Below are positions 49,101 through 58,834 of a stretch of 64,000 nucleotides of DNA, one piece after another. The notes under the pieces are model-generated. The model made no database searches, was not told the DNA's origin, and worked only from the letters and a program-made list of their open reading frames with translations. Positions within the stretch are counted from its first letter, which is position 1, and each line of letters starts with the position of its first letter. The stretch covers positions 62,001 to 126,000 of the IMG/VR virus record IMGVR_UViG_3300042386_001233, one strand, 5' to 3'. The position numbers were made by a program, and so were the translations under genes.

Positions 49101-50288
49101 TTAATGTAAAACGCTTATTTCGGATAAACAAAGTTCTGAACATGGTCTATTTTTTGTATACAAAATAAATTTGATAGAGGAAAGCATAGTGTCTTCTGAG
49201 CAACTAATATAATCTTTAATATTAATAGAGTATGATGATACAAAATCTGTTTTGAATGGTATTCTTATTCGTTGAGTTTTTTGTTCTGTTTCATCATTAA
49301 TAAATGTTAGCTCTAAATCAGTAGGTATTTCTTGTTCTGACATCCATCCTTTGATAATAATTTGGTCACTGTTTTTAATTAAAACATTGGTCTCTATATA
49401 AAAAATAGTCCAATCATATATTCCTGTTGTATTGCAGGATAGATATTTTGTGCCGCTGTGGTCTTCTTTGATAAGAAGTTTTTTATAATCAGAGTTGACT
49501 ACAAAAGAGTCCTTATAATAGCCACATGGATAAAATCCGTTTCCAAAAAAAACAGTTTTATCGCTATCCGGGGTGGGATATTTGGGCGACGGAAATAATA
49601 GTTCACACCTATGAATAAGAGTATTTCTTCTATCTGTGAAATTTGGTCTTGTTGAAATTTTAGAATCTATTTTAGCAGGAAGCTCAATGTATCCGTCTTT
49701 ATCTGGGATTGGTAGGACCAGAGGTTTTTTACCAGATAGGTGGGTTGTTATATAACTAAATACAATATCTTCTCCATTCAAATTAGTGTTGACATCATAA
49801 AAAACAACATCAGACAATTTACAATATTCAACAGCATATAGCTTATCGAAGCATGTCGTTCTAGTGAGAACAACATCTACTTCTGTTGGTTCTTTAACAT
49901 TCTCTATTCTTCCTGGCCCCGGAGCACAGGTATATAATCCATTTTGAGGAATACGTCCTTCATAAGTATAAATTCTAGAATAGTCTCTTTCAAAGTGATT
50001 AATTAGGTTTTTTATATTTTTTTCCGATAATAAGATATCGTCATCGTTTACTATAACACATCTATTAGACGCTAAAAGAGCACCGATAAATCTAGTATTT
50101 AATCCAAAATCACTATTACAATTAATGGTTTTAACTTTGGATAAATTTAAATTAGAGACATAAAAAAACGAATTATTATTCCAAACAATTATTTCTTTAA
50201 CGCAACTATACTCTTGATATGCGGATAAAATAGTATTAATATTTTCAGGTCTATCCCAAGACATCATAACTATTGAACACTGTGTCAT
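49101..50288 (-). CDS. GT64/EXTL-like glycosyltransferase with C-terminal beta-domain
   Basis: SWDRPEN, EIIVWNN, RF, NDDD, GEDIVFS. Confidence 0.7.
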   Translation of the reverse strand: MTQCSIVMMSWDRPENINTILSAYQEYSCVKEIIVWNNNSFFYVSNLNLSKVKTINCNSDFGLNTRFIGALLASNRCVIVNDDDILLSEKNIKNLINHFERDYSRIYTYEGRIPQNGLYTCAPGPGRIENVKEPTEVDVVLTRTTCFDKLYAVEYCKLSDVVFYDVNTNLNGEDIVFSYITTHLSGKKPLVLPIPDKDGYIELPAKIDSKISTRPNFTDRRNTLIHRCELLFPSPKYPTPDSDKTVFFGNGFYPCGYYKDSFVVNSDYKKLLIKEDHSGTKYLSCNTTGIYDWTIFYIETNVLIKNSDQIIIKGWMSEQEIPTDLELTFINDETEQKTQRIRIPFKTDFVSSYSINIKDYISCSEDTMLSSIKFILYTKNRPCSELCLSEISVLH

Positions 50289-51115
50289 TATGAAGAGACC
50301 TTTTCTTCTACTATGAGAGGACTATTAAATAGAATATTTTTATTTTTCCCCCAGTAATGCACTATTTTACATGTGGTGGAAGGGTCGTTTTTAAGAGTAG
50401 TTTGTAGTTTGTTTTCTTTATTTCTGTACCATTCATTTATCATAGATCCGGCCGTGTTGTGGTCAATAGTGAAGTTTTTGTGTGAGTAGTCATATTTGAT
50501 GTGGTCTAAATAGCTTTTGATTATAGACTGATCAGTTCCCGGTATAATTTGATTAGAATTATGAAACCTAGGAATAAAATTGATAGACATAGCAAATCTA
50601 TAAATTTTATCCCAGTTATATATTAGATGTTTTGGATCATTCATAATGAACACACCAGAATTAATAAACGGAGGTAGAAAAATTGTTTCTGCTGGTATGT
50701 TTGGTTCATGGTCCAAGAAAAAAATTTGATCTTTGGTGGTTTCAAAAATACTGTTTAACTTGTCTATTGATCCTACTATAAATGCATCACAATCCATAAA
50801 CAAAAAAGGAAAATTAATTTGAGTAGTATTATATAGTTTAAATAAGAAGTTATGGTTAGAAATTACCATGTGTGCTTCGCAACCAAAATGAATACTTTCT
50901 GTGTGAGCAAATTTTTTGACTATCACAGATTTAAAAACACAGGTATCAGAAGATAGTATGGATTTTTTGAGACCATCTGGAAGAGGTTTAAAACTATAAA
51001 TATATACTGTGTCATATTTAGATAGCCATATTTTACATTGTTTGATCCAAGTGTAACATAGGTCAAAACTTTGTTTTTTTGACCAGTCATAGTTCATAAT
51101 TGTAACAATATTCAT
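50288..51115 (-). CDS. GT8-like glycosyltransferase
   Basis: FKL, FMDCD, INSGVF, DQS, HYWG. Confidence 0.75.
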   Translation of the reverse strand: MNIVTIMNYDWSKKQSFDLCYTWIKQCKIWLSKYDTVYIYSFKPLPDGLKKSILSSDTCVFKSVIVKKFAHTESIHFGCEAHMVISNHNFLFKLYNTTQINFPFLFMDCDAFIVGSIDKLNSIFETTKDQIFFLDHEPNIPAETIFLPPFINSGVFIMNDPKHLIYNWDKIYRFAMSINFIPRFHNSNQIIPGTDQSIIKSYLDHIKYDYSHKNFTIDHNTAGSMINEWYRNKENKLQTTLKNDPSTTCKIVHYWGKNKNILFNSPLIVEEKVSS

Positions 51116-53013
51116 TTTTCTGTACTTTCTTTGGCCGGTGCCGAGTCCTTATTTTTAGCAGATGTCCAGCCCTTATGGAAAAGTATAGCTTCTGGATATT
51201 TTTTAATCAATCCCTTTTTACTTAAAAAGCTATCTTTTACAAATTCATGATATTCAGGATTATTTTGTTTATTTACACACCACCAAGAAGGGTAAAAATA
51301 TTTATGATTTAATATATTGACACTAATATCTGATTGCAAAGAATCAAACACAGACTGAACAAAATCTGGCCCAGTTGCCGCTACAACTCCATGTTTTCTA
51401 TTATTATCATATGAAATTCTCATTTGACCAATAAGATAAGCTATAATTGGATTCTGTATTGTTGCACCAAAAACCCCATTGGCACACCGTGTTGTGTTCT
51501 CATTTAAATATCCTTTGCCTATTTTTTTTCCTGTTTTTTCATAAGCAATTAGTATTCCGTAAGATGTTAGGTGCTGGATACTCAATAAAGATTTATCACC
51601 TAACCATATAGTATCAGAATCTATAAAAATACCACCAAACTGATTTAAGATTTCTACTCTAGCAATATCGGACTTACAATCGTATTGTGTTTCTTTGTCA
51701 AAAAGATCCCTATTGATCATCTTGAGATTCTTCAACTTTGCATCATCCCATAAAATATATCTAAAACCAGGATACTGTTTCATATAATCTACAGAAAAAG
51801 TTTTCATCATCTTTTTAATTGGTATGGGTATTGGTCCACCGATCCATATTTGATGAATAACAGGAGGAATAGTCCATCTAAAATCTCTGAAATAGTTTTT
51901 AGCAAAGCCTACGAACTCTGTTTTATCCATGTTGGCTACAGTTTTATCCATCTGTTCTATAGCATATATATCCATTGAGCTAATAGGGTCATCGTATCTA
52001 GTCTCTGGTGCTAGCCAAAAGTTAGGCCAGTTTTTGTTTCTTTTGGCCAGCATAAATTCTTTAGGAATATTATGACAAGACGGTAGTGGTTCTACTCCTG
52101 GAATATCAAACTGTATTTTTTTTCTAATCTTATAAATAGTCCTGTCTTTAGATCCATAGGATAAGCTTTTTAGATAAGTTGTGTCGTTAGACATATTTAA
52201 GTGATCGGGTATATTATGCTTAATAATTTCTTGATCAACTCTAACCATCTTTCCTAATTTAAACGCTATCTGACTAAATTCATCATCACAATAGTATCCA
52301 GTGTAACAGGGGTTGTATATGGGTTTAATTTGATTATAAAGTTTATTGCCGATAATTGCTAAGGTATTAGTTTTTTTATTATCTCCTGTATCAAACCATA
52401 ATACTCCGTCTAATCCTGGAAAATGTTTAATCATATTATCGATAATAATTTGATCATATCCATATTTTGTTACTATCATGTCATCAGAAGATAATATTAG
52501 TATATCAAATTGAACATGATCTATATGTAGATTGTACGCTTCTATTTTTGATCTGGTGTCCGCATAACAAATAGTCAGATTATCATAAGAATTTAATTTA
52601 GCAATAATTTTAGGATTATTCGTTAAAATATCATTATTGTCAACAGTAACAATAAAATGAATATTATCTTTATTTTGAGCATTCTCTGAAAAAGACTTAA
52701 TAGAATCTAATAACTGTTTTGGTCTACTAAGAGTTGGAATTTTAATCAATATTTTTTTATTGATACTAGATAATATTTCTGCATACTGGTCAGCATCTGT
52801 TTCTATTACCCTTGACCGAGCAAAGATCCTTTTTTCTCTATTTCCAAAGAATAGAAAATGCTCAATAGCACTTTTCTCGTTGTTTATTCCTGCTAGATTT
52901 AAATCTTGATTTTGCTCTAAATAATACTGCCAGTCAAAATTTTTAGGAAGTAGATGTATATATTTTTGCACCTCTTTTTCTATGAGATGACTACTGATCC
53001 ACTTATGAGTCAT
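51112..53013 (-). CDS. Multidomain glycosyltransferase (N-terminal YL..N.DL module + GT2-like + GT32/DXD)
   Basis: FDWQYYLEQNQDL..HF..G.REKR; SSDDM; IPPVIHQIWIG, SDIARVEIL..FGGIFIDSD, TGP. Confidence 0.85.
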   Translation of the reverse strand: MTHKWISSHLIEKEVQKYIHLLPKNFDWQYYLEQNQDLNLAGINNEKSAIEHFLFFGNREKRIFARSRVIETDADQYAEILSSINKKILIKIPTLSRPKQLLDSIKSFSENAQNKDNIHFIVTVDNNDILTNNPKIIAKLNSYDNLTICYADTRSKIEAYNLHIDHVQFDILILSSDDMIVTKYGYDQIIIDNMIKHFPGLDGVLWFDTGDNKKTNTLAIIGNKLYNQIKPIYNPCYTGYYCDDEFSQIAFKLGKMVRVDQEIIKHNIPDHLNMSNDTTYLKSLSYGSKDRTIYKIRKKIQFDIPGVEPLPSCHNIPKEFMLAKRNKNWPNFWLAPETRYDDPISSMDIYAIEQMDKTVANMDKTEFVGFAKNYFRDFRWTIPPVIHQIWIGGPIPIPIKKMMKTFSVDYMKQYPGFRYILWDDAKLKNLKMINRDLFDKETQYDCKSDIARVEILNQFGGIFIDSDTIWLGDKSLLSIQHLTSYGILIAYEKTGKKIGKGYLNENTTRCANGVFGATIQNPIIAYLIGQMRISYDNNRKHGVVAATGPDFVQSVFDSLQSDISVNILNHKYFYPSWWCVNKQNNPEYHEFVKDSFLSKKGLIKKYPEAILFHKGWTSAKNKDSAPAKESTEK

Positions 53014-53933
53014 GATCCTATATATGTATTATTGGCTATTTTTACATATTTTCTAGTGTGTGGTTTGGTTAAATGATTCCAAACTATAGTAAATGTGCCC
53101 TCATCTCTATGCAATAGTCTACCTCTTACTTGAATATCCTCTTCTAAAAAAACATATCCACTATTTGTTATAGACAAATGCAGTTTATTCGTTGGAGATT
53201 TGGTATTTATTACACGAATAGTTTGATATTTTGCATAGTCTGTTAGTAAACCGTAGTGCTCACATATATAGCCAAATATTCTTTCTAGACTATGAGAGTA
53301 TGTAGCTCCTTTATTGTCTCTGACATATCCGACTTCTTGTCTCAGAAGGGGATCTAGATAACTTATAGAGCCCTTATTTAAAAAATTGTTGTACAGACTA
53401 CTTTTACCCATAAACATAGTACCAGCAGCGAACACTCTATTTTTTATGCTCTCTTTGGGTATTTGATAATATTGTAGGATCTCATCAATTTTGTTAGAGT
53501 TTGGACCCTCTTGATTTTTGAAGAGCAGAGCACGATGGCTAATTAAGCCAATTTTTTCGTGTTTTTGTAATCGATTAATGTTAGTATAAAAATTATTTCC
53601 ATTATTTCCTATTAAAGAATGAAGAAGAACTTTTCTCCACTCTATTTTATTCATTAGTATACTTTTTTTAGAATGAATTTTTAGAAATATATCTTGTTTA
53701 CAAGAATTATTAACAAAATCATTAATGAACGATAGAATATCAGCACCGGCATTAGGATAGTGACTGATTTTTAGATGTGGAAAGCCGCGTTCTGCTAAAT
53801 AAATTACTTCTTTAGTCTGAGTATCATGGCATAGTCCAAGATGAAGAACAATATTTTCTTTTATTGGAGACAACAGACTATAAAATTCATCCCATAAATC
53901 TATATGATACAGCCACAGATAAACATCGACCAT
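53010..53933 (-). CDS. Rhamnan synthesis F (RgpF)-like protein
   Basis: N.GADI..F, LKIHSKKS, WR..L, FAAGTMF, HSLER. Confidence 0.8.
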   Translation of the reverse strand: MVDVYLWLYHIDLWDEFYSLLSPIKENIVLHLGLCHDTQTKEVIYLAERGFPHLKISHYPNAGADILSFINDFVNNSCKQDIFLKIHSKKSILMNKIEWRKVLLHSLIGNNGNNFYTNINRLQKHEKIGLISHRALLFKNQEGPNSNKIDEILQYYQIPKESIKNRVFAAGTMFMGKSSLYNNFLNKGSISYLDPLLRQEVGYVRDNKGATYSHSLERIFGYICEHYGLLTDYAKYQTIRVINTKSPTNKLHLSITNSGYVFLEEDIQVRGRLLHRDEGTFTIVWNHLTKPHTRKYVKIANNTYIGS

Positions 53934-53942
53934 AAGGAAATA

Positions 53943-54200
53943 CTATTTACTAGTCGTAATTTTATTATAAAGCACAAGAGATAATGTCGCACCAGCAACA
54001 CCCATAAAAATACCTGCTGGACTTAGGCTACTATATTGACCAATCATATATAATATGGCTCCGCCCATGTAAGATCCTGCAACTCCTAGAGCTACGGTTT
54101 TAACAAAGCCGAAATTTTCTTCGCCAGGAACTAGGCTCTTAGCGATAGATCCAACGAATAAACCATAGACACACCATACTAATATATTAAACATTGGCAT
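53943..54200 (-). CDS. GlsB/YeaQ/YmgE (transglycosylase-associated) membrane protein
   Basis: W.VYGL.VG.IAK.LVPG..LGVAGSYMGG. Confidence 0.85.
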   Translation of the reverse strand: MPMFNILVWCVYGLFVGSIAKSLVPGEENFGFVKTVALGVAGSYMGGAILYMIGQYSSLSPAGIFMGVAGATLSLVLYNKITTSK

Positions 54201-54585
54201 TCTCCACTAGTGTTTGAATCTCATCATCCGTGAGAATTTCTCCTGTTTCTAACAAAGCATCCAGAATACTTAATGAGTATTTATTATAATCTTCTTTGTT
54301 CATTTCTCTACGAAGAATTTTTTTAATTCTCATTTTAGTAAACCAACCTTTTCTTGAACTAAAGGTTTTTATTTGTTCACCATACATTGAATATTTATCT
54401 TGTGCTGTAGATTGGGAGGTTAGTTTATTCTTATTACATTCTTGTAGTATTCTTACACATGTTAGTATTATGCTTATCATCATTAAAATAGTAACAATAG
54501 CAAATCCGTACATATCGTCTTTAGGTACAGTAGACTTTTCTAAAATTTTAATAGCTATAGCTTTGAGTTTTTCATTATCAGCCAT
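54187..54585 (-). CDS. Membrane-anchored hypothetical protein
   Basis: TM segment FAIVTILMMISIILTCV; likely start MADNEK behind AGGAG. Confidence 0.55.
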   Translation of the reverse strand: MADNEKLKAIAIKILEKSTVPKDDMYGFAIVTILMMISIILTCVRILQECNKNKLTSQSTAQDKYSMYGEQIKTFSSRKGWFTKMRIKKILRREMNKEDYNKYSLSILDALLETGEILTDDEIQTLVENANV

Positions 54586-54590
54586 AGTAT

Positions 54591-54950
54591 TTATCTCCTT
54601 GGTGTTTTGGGAATTGGACAGTTTCCGTCTGGGCAATTTATTGGAGCTGAGTATATCTTGATTGGAGGAGCTGATGGAGTAATTGATTTGATTGGTCCCA
54701 CAGAAAGAGAACCTTTATCAATTTCACAATATGTGCAATCAATTTTAAGAATACCATCACCACTCATATACCAACCCTTACCCTTGCAAATTGGACAATC
54801 TTTTCTTTTATACTTTTGGGTGACTTCCTGTACATGCTTGGCTTTAATAATGCCTCCAGCAAGAGTCACAGGGGCTGTTGTGGAGCCATAGTAACTAGAC
54901 TCAGCAAACAACAAACTAACACAGAATAAACCAACAAATAATTTATTCAT
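54591..54950 (-). CDS. Exported protein with DnaJ-like Cys motif
   Basis: Signal peptide; CPICKGKG..GDG..CTYC; C-terminal CPDGNCP. Confidence 0.6.
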   Translation of the reverse strand: MNKLFVGLFCVSLLFAESSYYGSTTAPVTLAGGIIKAKHVQEVTQKYKRKDCPICKGKGWYMSGDGILKIDCTYCEIDKGSLSVGPIKSITPSAPPIKIYSAPINCPDGNCPIPKTPRR

Positions 54951-54951
54951 T

Positions 54952-55134
54952 TTATTTTCTCCATGGAAGAATATTGTCTACCAAATCTCTTAAAGGTTTT
55001 TTTGGTTTTGGCTTAACAGGACCATCTGGCTTATTCTCAGGAGAATTTTTATTAAATATCTTGATAATAGCCAAAATAAAATTTAGAAGCATTTGTATTG
55101 CTCTATTTAGAGCTATTCTATCTATTAATCTCAT
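54952..55134 (-). CDS. Small membrane-associated protein
   Basis: Hydrophobic helix plus Pro/Lys-rich tail; first gene after a GGTGTAT motif. Confidence 0.55.
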   Translation of the reverse strand: MRLIDRIALNRAIQMLLNFILAIIKIFNKNSPENKPDGPVKPKPKKPLRDLVDNILPWRK

Positions 55135-55172
55135 AGAAATAATCTCTGTAGAAAGGAAGGATTATAGTATAA

Positions 55173-55210
55173 ATACACCAATTATAATTTAGTTTGTTTT
55201 TTAGGTGTAT
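55173..55210. promoter_or_regulatory. Back-to-back divergent GGTGTAT motifs
   Basis: Minus strand GGTGTATTTATACTATAAT (55179); plus strand GGTGTATCCTTTATTATGAT (55204). Confidence 0.65.
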
Positions 55211-55281
55211 CCTTTATTATGATACATTCAACCCTCTAATTGGGGGTAACTTCTAATGTAAATTTTAAAAAGGCTAACTTT

Positions 55282-55452
55282 ATGACATATGATAATGATG
55301 GACCGATTTATAGTGTTTTGAATGGGAAACCGTGTTATTGCTGCAATTCGTGGGGGACCTGCGACAATTTTGGAGAGGCTATGTGTGCCAATATTGATGG
55401 CATATGCTACGGCGACTTCGAAACTTGTTGGGCCAATTTAGGAGATTGCTAA
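55282..55452 (+). CDS. 56-aa 8-Cys peptide
   Basis: MTYDNDGPIYSVLNGKPCYCCNSWGTCDNFGEAMCANIDGICYGDFETCWANLGDC; has its own upstream motif. Confidence 0.6.
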   Translation: MTYDNDGPIYSVLNGKPCYCCNSWGTCDNFGEAMCANIDGICYGDFETCWANLGDC

Positions 55453-55487
55453 AATCTATCCTGGATATAATCTTTGATTATGTCGTA

Positions 55488-55530
55488 GATAAATCCGCCC
55501 CATAGTATTATTACTCCTGTGGCGGTCAGT
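55488..55530. terminator. Hairpin between convergent genes
   Basis: CCGCC...GGCGG stem with inner AGTA/TACT pairing. Confidence 0.4.
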
Positions 55531-55534
55531 TTTC

Positions 55535-56458
55535 TTATAGATAATCTTCGAATCCGTAGCTCGGTAGTTTTTGTAAAGGAAAGCCATCAAAACCACTAAA
55601 AGCATAAGAGCCATTAGCAGATAGCATTCCAGCAGCAACATCAGCGTGGATTAAAAACGACCCTTCTGGAATAGGACCCCATTCTGGATGTCCACCATCA
55701 TTCCATTTACCCCAGCTATTTTGAACGAGAAAAGCTGGTTCACTACCAGTATCATCACAAGCTATCCAGGCCATACAATGACCCCAGTTACCAGATGTTC
55801 TAGCAAATCCCTTTTTATCTCTAGTATTGCTAAATCCATAATTAGAGCATACAGCTAATCCATAACCATTAGCTAAAGCATCACGGGCTTCTTCTACTGT
55901 TCGTATTAATGAAGCAGTCTTGATCTGGTGATCGTTAGAGAGATCTAGTACTTTATCTGGAAGACCTCTACCGCCCCAGCCCGCCCCTAAATTACCATTA
56001 TATTTACTGAAATCTACAAAACCATAATTCTTTCTCACTACAAGACCACCAACCTTACTAACAAATTCAGCTGCTCTAGCACAACTCATACCCTGTCCAC
56101 TAAACCCTCTATATCCATAGATAGCTTCTGTTGCACCCCTTGCTATCCAATCCTCTCTCTCATTATGTATATCTATTTCTACAGCTCGGGTTACATCACA
56201 AGCATTTCGCGTTCCGTGACTAACACAATCTCCAGTAGTTTGTCTTTCATTATAAGGATGTTTATCAAACTTTAACACACTTTTGTATGGTGTTGAAAGC
56301 TTACCTTTGCCACTACCACTAATTTTTTTACTAGCATCTCCAAATAATGGATACTTGGAAGTTTCCATTAAGTGATCAAACACATGCTGTTCAAATAAAC
56401 AACCGCTAAAACCCTTACGATAATTGTCATATAATTCTTTTGGAGTATATCGTGGCAT
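55535..56458 (-). CDS. Papain-fold (C1-like) cysteine peptidase
   Basis: QTTGDCVSHG, WGHCM, QNSWG (Q/C/H/N catalytic set). Confidence 0.85.
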   Translation of the reverse strand: MPRYTPKELYDNYRKGFSGCLFEQHVFDHLMETSKYPLFGDASKKISGSGKGKLSTPYKSVLKFDKHPYNERQTTGDCVSHGTRNACDVTRAVEIDIHNEREDWIARGATEAIYGYRGFSGQGMSCARAAEFVSKVGGLVVRKNYGFVDFSKYNGNLGAGWGGRGLPDKVLDLSNDHQIKTASLIRTVEEARDALANGYGLAVCSNYGFSNTRDKKGFARTSGNWGHCMAWIACDDTGSEPAFLVQNSWGKWNDGGHPEWGPIPEGSFLIHADVAAGMLSANGSYAFSGFDGFPLQKLPSYGFEDYL

Positions 56459-56949
56459 TATTTTGATCCCATGTTACAAGCCCAAGCTAAAGCATTAAGA
56501 CCTTCTGCAGCTTTAACTCGTAGCTCTTTGGATAGTAGAATATGATCATCGCCTATAGCTGCAACAACAACTTCTTTAGCTTCTTTTGCTAAATCTGGAT
56601 ATTTGCCTTTTATGTCTAGTTTAAGCATCACACCAGCTAAGCTATTTGCTTGACGAATTTCTTCAGTACTCTTAACTACTTCGTCTTCTCCATCAAGCTC
56701 CACAAGCTTTGCCAAATCAATGTAAAGATCTCTAAGTCTTTTAGCATCGTTTTTAGCCCCTGCTTCTTTTAGAAGAACAACAACATCATCTGCTTCTTTT
56801 TTGACGGCTGGGTCTGTTGGTTCTGGTAGCTCTAAAACATCAACTACTGCTGGTTTGTTTGGACCAAGAATATTTGAAAAGTCTGGCTTAAGCAAACCAA
56901 CAACAATTAATAGACCAGCTAATACTAGTAGTACGTTTTTTTGATTCAT
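56458..56949 (-). CDS. N-terminally membrane-anchored helical protein
   Basis: Signal-anchor VLLVLAGLLIVVGLL. Confidence 0.6.
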   Translation of the reverse strand: MNQKNVLLVLAGLLIVVGLLKPDFSNILGPNKPAVVDVLELPEPTDPAVKKEADDVVVLLKEAGAKNDAKRLRDLYIDLAKLVELDGEDEVVKSTEEIRQANSLAGVMLKLDIKGKYPDLAKEAKEVVVAAIGDDHILLSKELRVKAAEGLNALAWACNMGSK

Positions 56950-57338
56950 GATACCTTATCCTCATTTTGTTTACTGCATACATTGGGACTTAAATATGGG
57001 AACATCTGGTCTGCTACCTTAACAGCTTCAGAACATCCGCTCTGAACAGCAAGATCACGAGTTTGCTTCCATGAAACTACTAGCTTAAAAAATGTATCTT
57101 CTGAATCTGTTTTCTTTGGAACAACAACAGGAGAAACAGCAGGAACATTTACTACTGGGAGAGAAGTATTGTCTGTTGCTCCTCTGAGTTTTTCAATCAT
57201 AGAACCTAATAGCTTTTGTACTGGATTAAGCTTATCCTTAAACATAACCCATAGTACGATACCAACACCAGCATATAGAGCCAAGTCCATTGTGCTCAAT
57301 CTACTACTAAACTCTTGGAAACTTTCTGTAAAATTCAT
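56946..57338 (-). CDS. Membrane protein
   Basis: TM segment LALYAGVGIVLWVMF. Confidence 0.6.
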   Translation of the reverse strand: MNFTESFQEFSSRLSTMDLALYAGVGIVLWVMFKDKLNPVQKLLGSMIEKLRGATDNTSLPVVNVPAVSPVVVPKKTDSEDTFFKLVVSWKQTRDLAVQSGCSEAVKVADQMFPYLSPNVCSKQNEDKVS

Positions 57339-57349
57339 TTTAGCCTCTC

Positions 57350-57775
57350 TTATTTATCTGAAACTGATGGAGTTTTATCTACGTCCGGAGTAATTACAAC
57401 ACTTGGATCAATGAAAATGCCATTATTCCTAAAAGTAATGACAAAAGCATCAATTGAAGAACTTACTAAAAGCATTAACAATTGCTTGACATACTTCTGT
57501 ATAATAGGCTGTAAAAGTTTTGGCACAAATGGAAAATTCACTAAAGTAAAAACTTGATCATAAAAGTTGCTAATCATAGTCATAGCAAGTGTTTTTTTAT
57601 CAACCCCTTTAAGAGAGGGGTTATTATCTTCTATCTTTTGAATTACTTCGGCTGTAGCCAATTGCAATACGTTCCATGCTTGTGGCATTGCTACTGCTTT
57701 GGCGTTTTTAAGTATTTCTTTAGCTTTAGCTACTAAATTTCCAAGATCATTTACTGGCAGGTTTTGGTTTTCCAT
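57350..57775 (-). CDS. Hypothetical protein (holin-associated type)
   Basis: G.DKK.LA motif, amphipathic helices. Confidence 0.45.
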   Translation of the reverse strand: MENQNLPVNDLGNLVAKAKEILKNAKAVAMPQAWNVLQLATAEVIQKIEDNNPSLKGVDKKTLAMTMISNFYDQVFTLVNFPFVPKLLQPIIQKYVKQLLMLLVSSSIDAFVITFRNNGIFIDPSVVITPDVDKTPSVSDK

Positions 57776-58079
57776 TTGTTTTTCTCTTTTTTCTTACTGT
57801 TGCTGGTTTGTCGTTCTTTTTGTTTGCTTCTTTTCTTTCTTCTGGAGTGGCTGTACTCCACCAAGTCTTTTTTAGGTCTGTTCTTCCTTTTACATATTTA
57901 AATAATACAGTTAGCTGTCCAATAATAAGGATTGTTGCTTCTAGACCTCTTGTAGTTTCTTGAATTAGGTCTTCTTTTTGAGAATTTTCACCTATAAGAC
58001 CCATAAGATATAATCCGCTAAAAATAAAACTAACTACTGTAAACCAAAATTCTGAACTTTTCCAACCGGGCTTAATCAT
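57747..58079 (-). CDS. Putative holin
   Basis: KPGWKSSEFW, two TM segments, basic C-tail. Confidence 0.55.
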   Translation of the reverse strand: MIKPGWKSSEFWFTVVSFIFSGLYLMGLIGENSQKEDLIQETTRGLEATILIIGQLTVLFKYVKGRTDLKKTWWSTATPEERKEANKKNDKPATVRKKRKTNGKPKPASK

Positions 58080-58121
58080 AATAGTTTATCTCCTATGTTA
58101 AAGACTGCTATTATATACTAT

Positions 58122-58128
58122 ATACACC
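58122..58128 (-). promoter_or_regulatory. GGTGTAT motif upstream of the holin/peptidase operon
   Basis: GGTGTATATAGTATATAAT followed by an AGGAG RBS. Confidence 0.65.
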
Positions 58129-58129
58129 G

Positions 58130-58825
58130 CTACAAGATCTTATCTGATTTAGCAATATTCAAATCCCACCACAATGGCTGCATATTAGTATAGTGAAAAC
58201 AAATTTTTTGCTGTTCTGGATCAGAAAGGTCAAAACTGGCGCATGGAATTATGTGGTCAATATGCCATCCTTTGGGGCCATAGGCTTCCCAGTTCAGTCT
58301 AGGATCTTTATAAAATTGTGATTCCAGATGTTGTTTAAACTCTTCAATAGAACAACCCAATAATTCTGTTGTAGCTTGAGATTTATAGTATCCTTTAATA
58401 CTAGCTACTATTCTTTTTTGTAAAATACTTTTTAACCTATAAGAAAGATCAGAATAATATTTTTTATGCTGCCACTTATTTGCACTTTGTCTAATTTTTT
58501 CTTTATTATTAATCCTATAATTTTTCATATACTCGGGCTTATTTAGTCTTTGTTCTTTCTGATAAGCTAGCTTAGTTTCTCGTTGTCTTGAATATCTTTG
58601 TTTATCTATTGTTTTATTATGCTCTTTATTTTTAATTTTATAGTCTTTAGATTTTTTTATTCTATCTTCTCTATTTTTAATATATCTATTGTGCTGATTA
58701 GCCTTATCACAACTTTTACACTGAGCTAGTTTGCCATATTTACCAGTTTTACTATTCGGAAAATCATTAAGTTGTTTTGTAATATTACATTGATTACATG
58801 TTTTGGTTTGAGTCATAATAAACAC
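58130..58825 (-). CDS. HNH homing-type endonuclease
   Basis: KTCNQC..CKSC; LLGCSIEEFKQHLESQF; WHIDHIIPCASF..CFHYTNMQPLW..N..K. Confidence 0.85.
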   Translation of the reverse strand: MFIMTQTKTCNQCNITKQLNDFPNSKTGKYGKLAQCKSCDKANQHNRYIKNREDRIKKSKDYKIKNKEHNKTIDKQRYSRQRETKLAYQKEQRLNKPEYMKNYRINNKEKIRQSANKWQHKKYYSDLSYRLKSILQKRIVASIKGYYKSQATTELLGCSIEEFKQHLESQFYKDPRLNWEAYGPKGWHIDHIIPCASFDLSDPEQQKICFHYTNMQPLWWDLNIAKSDKIL

Positions 58826-58834
58826 GGTTTAGTA

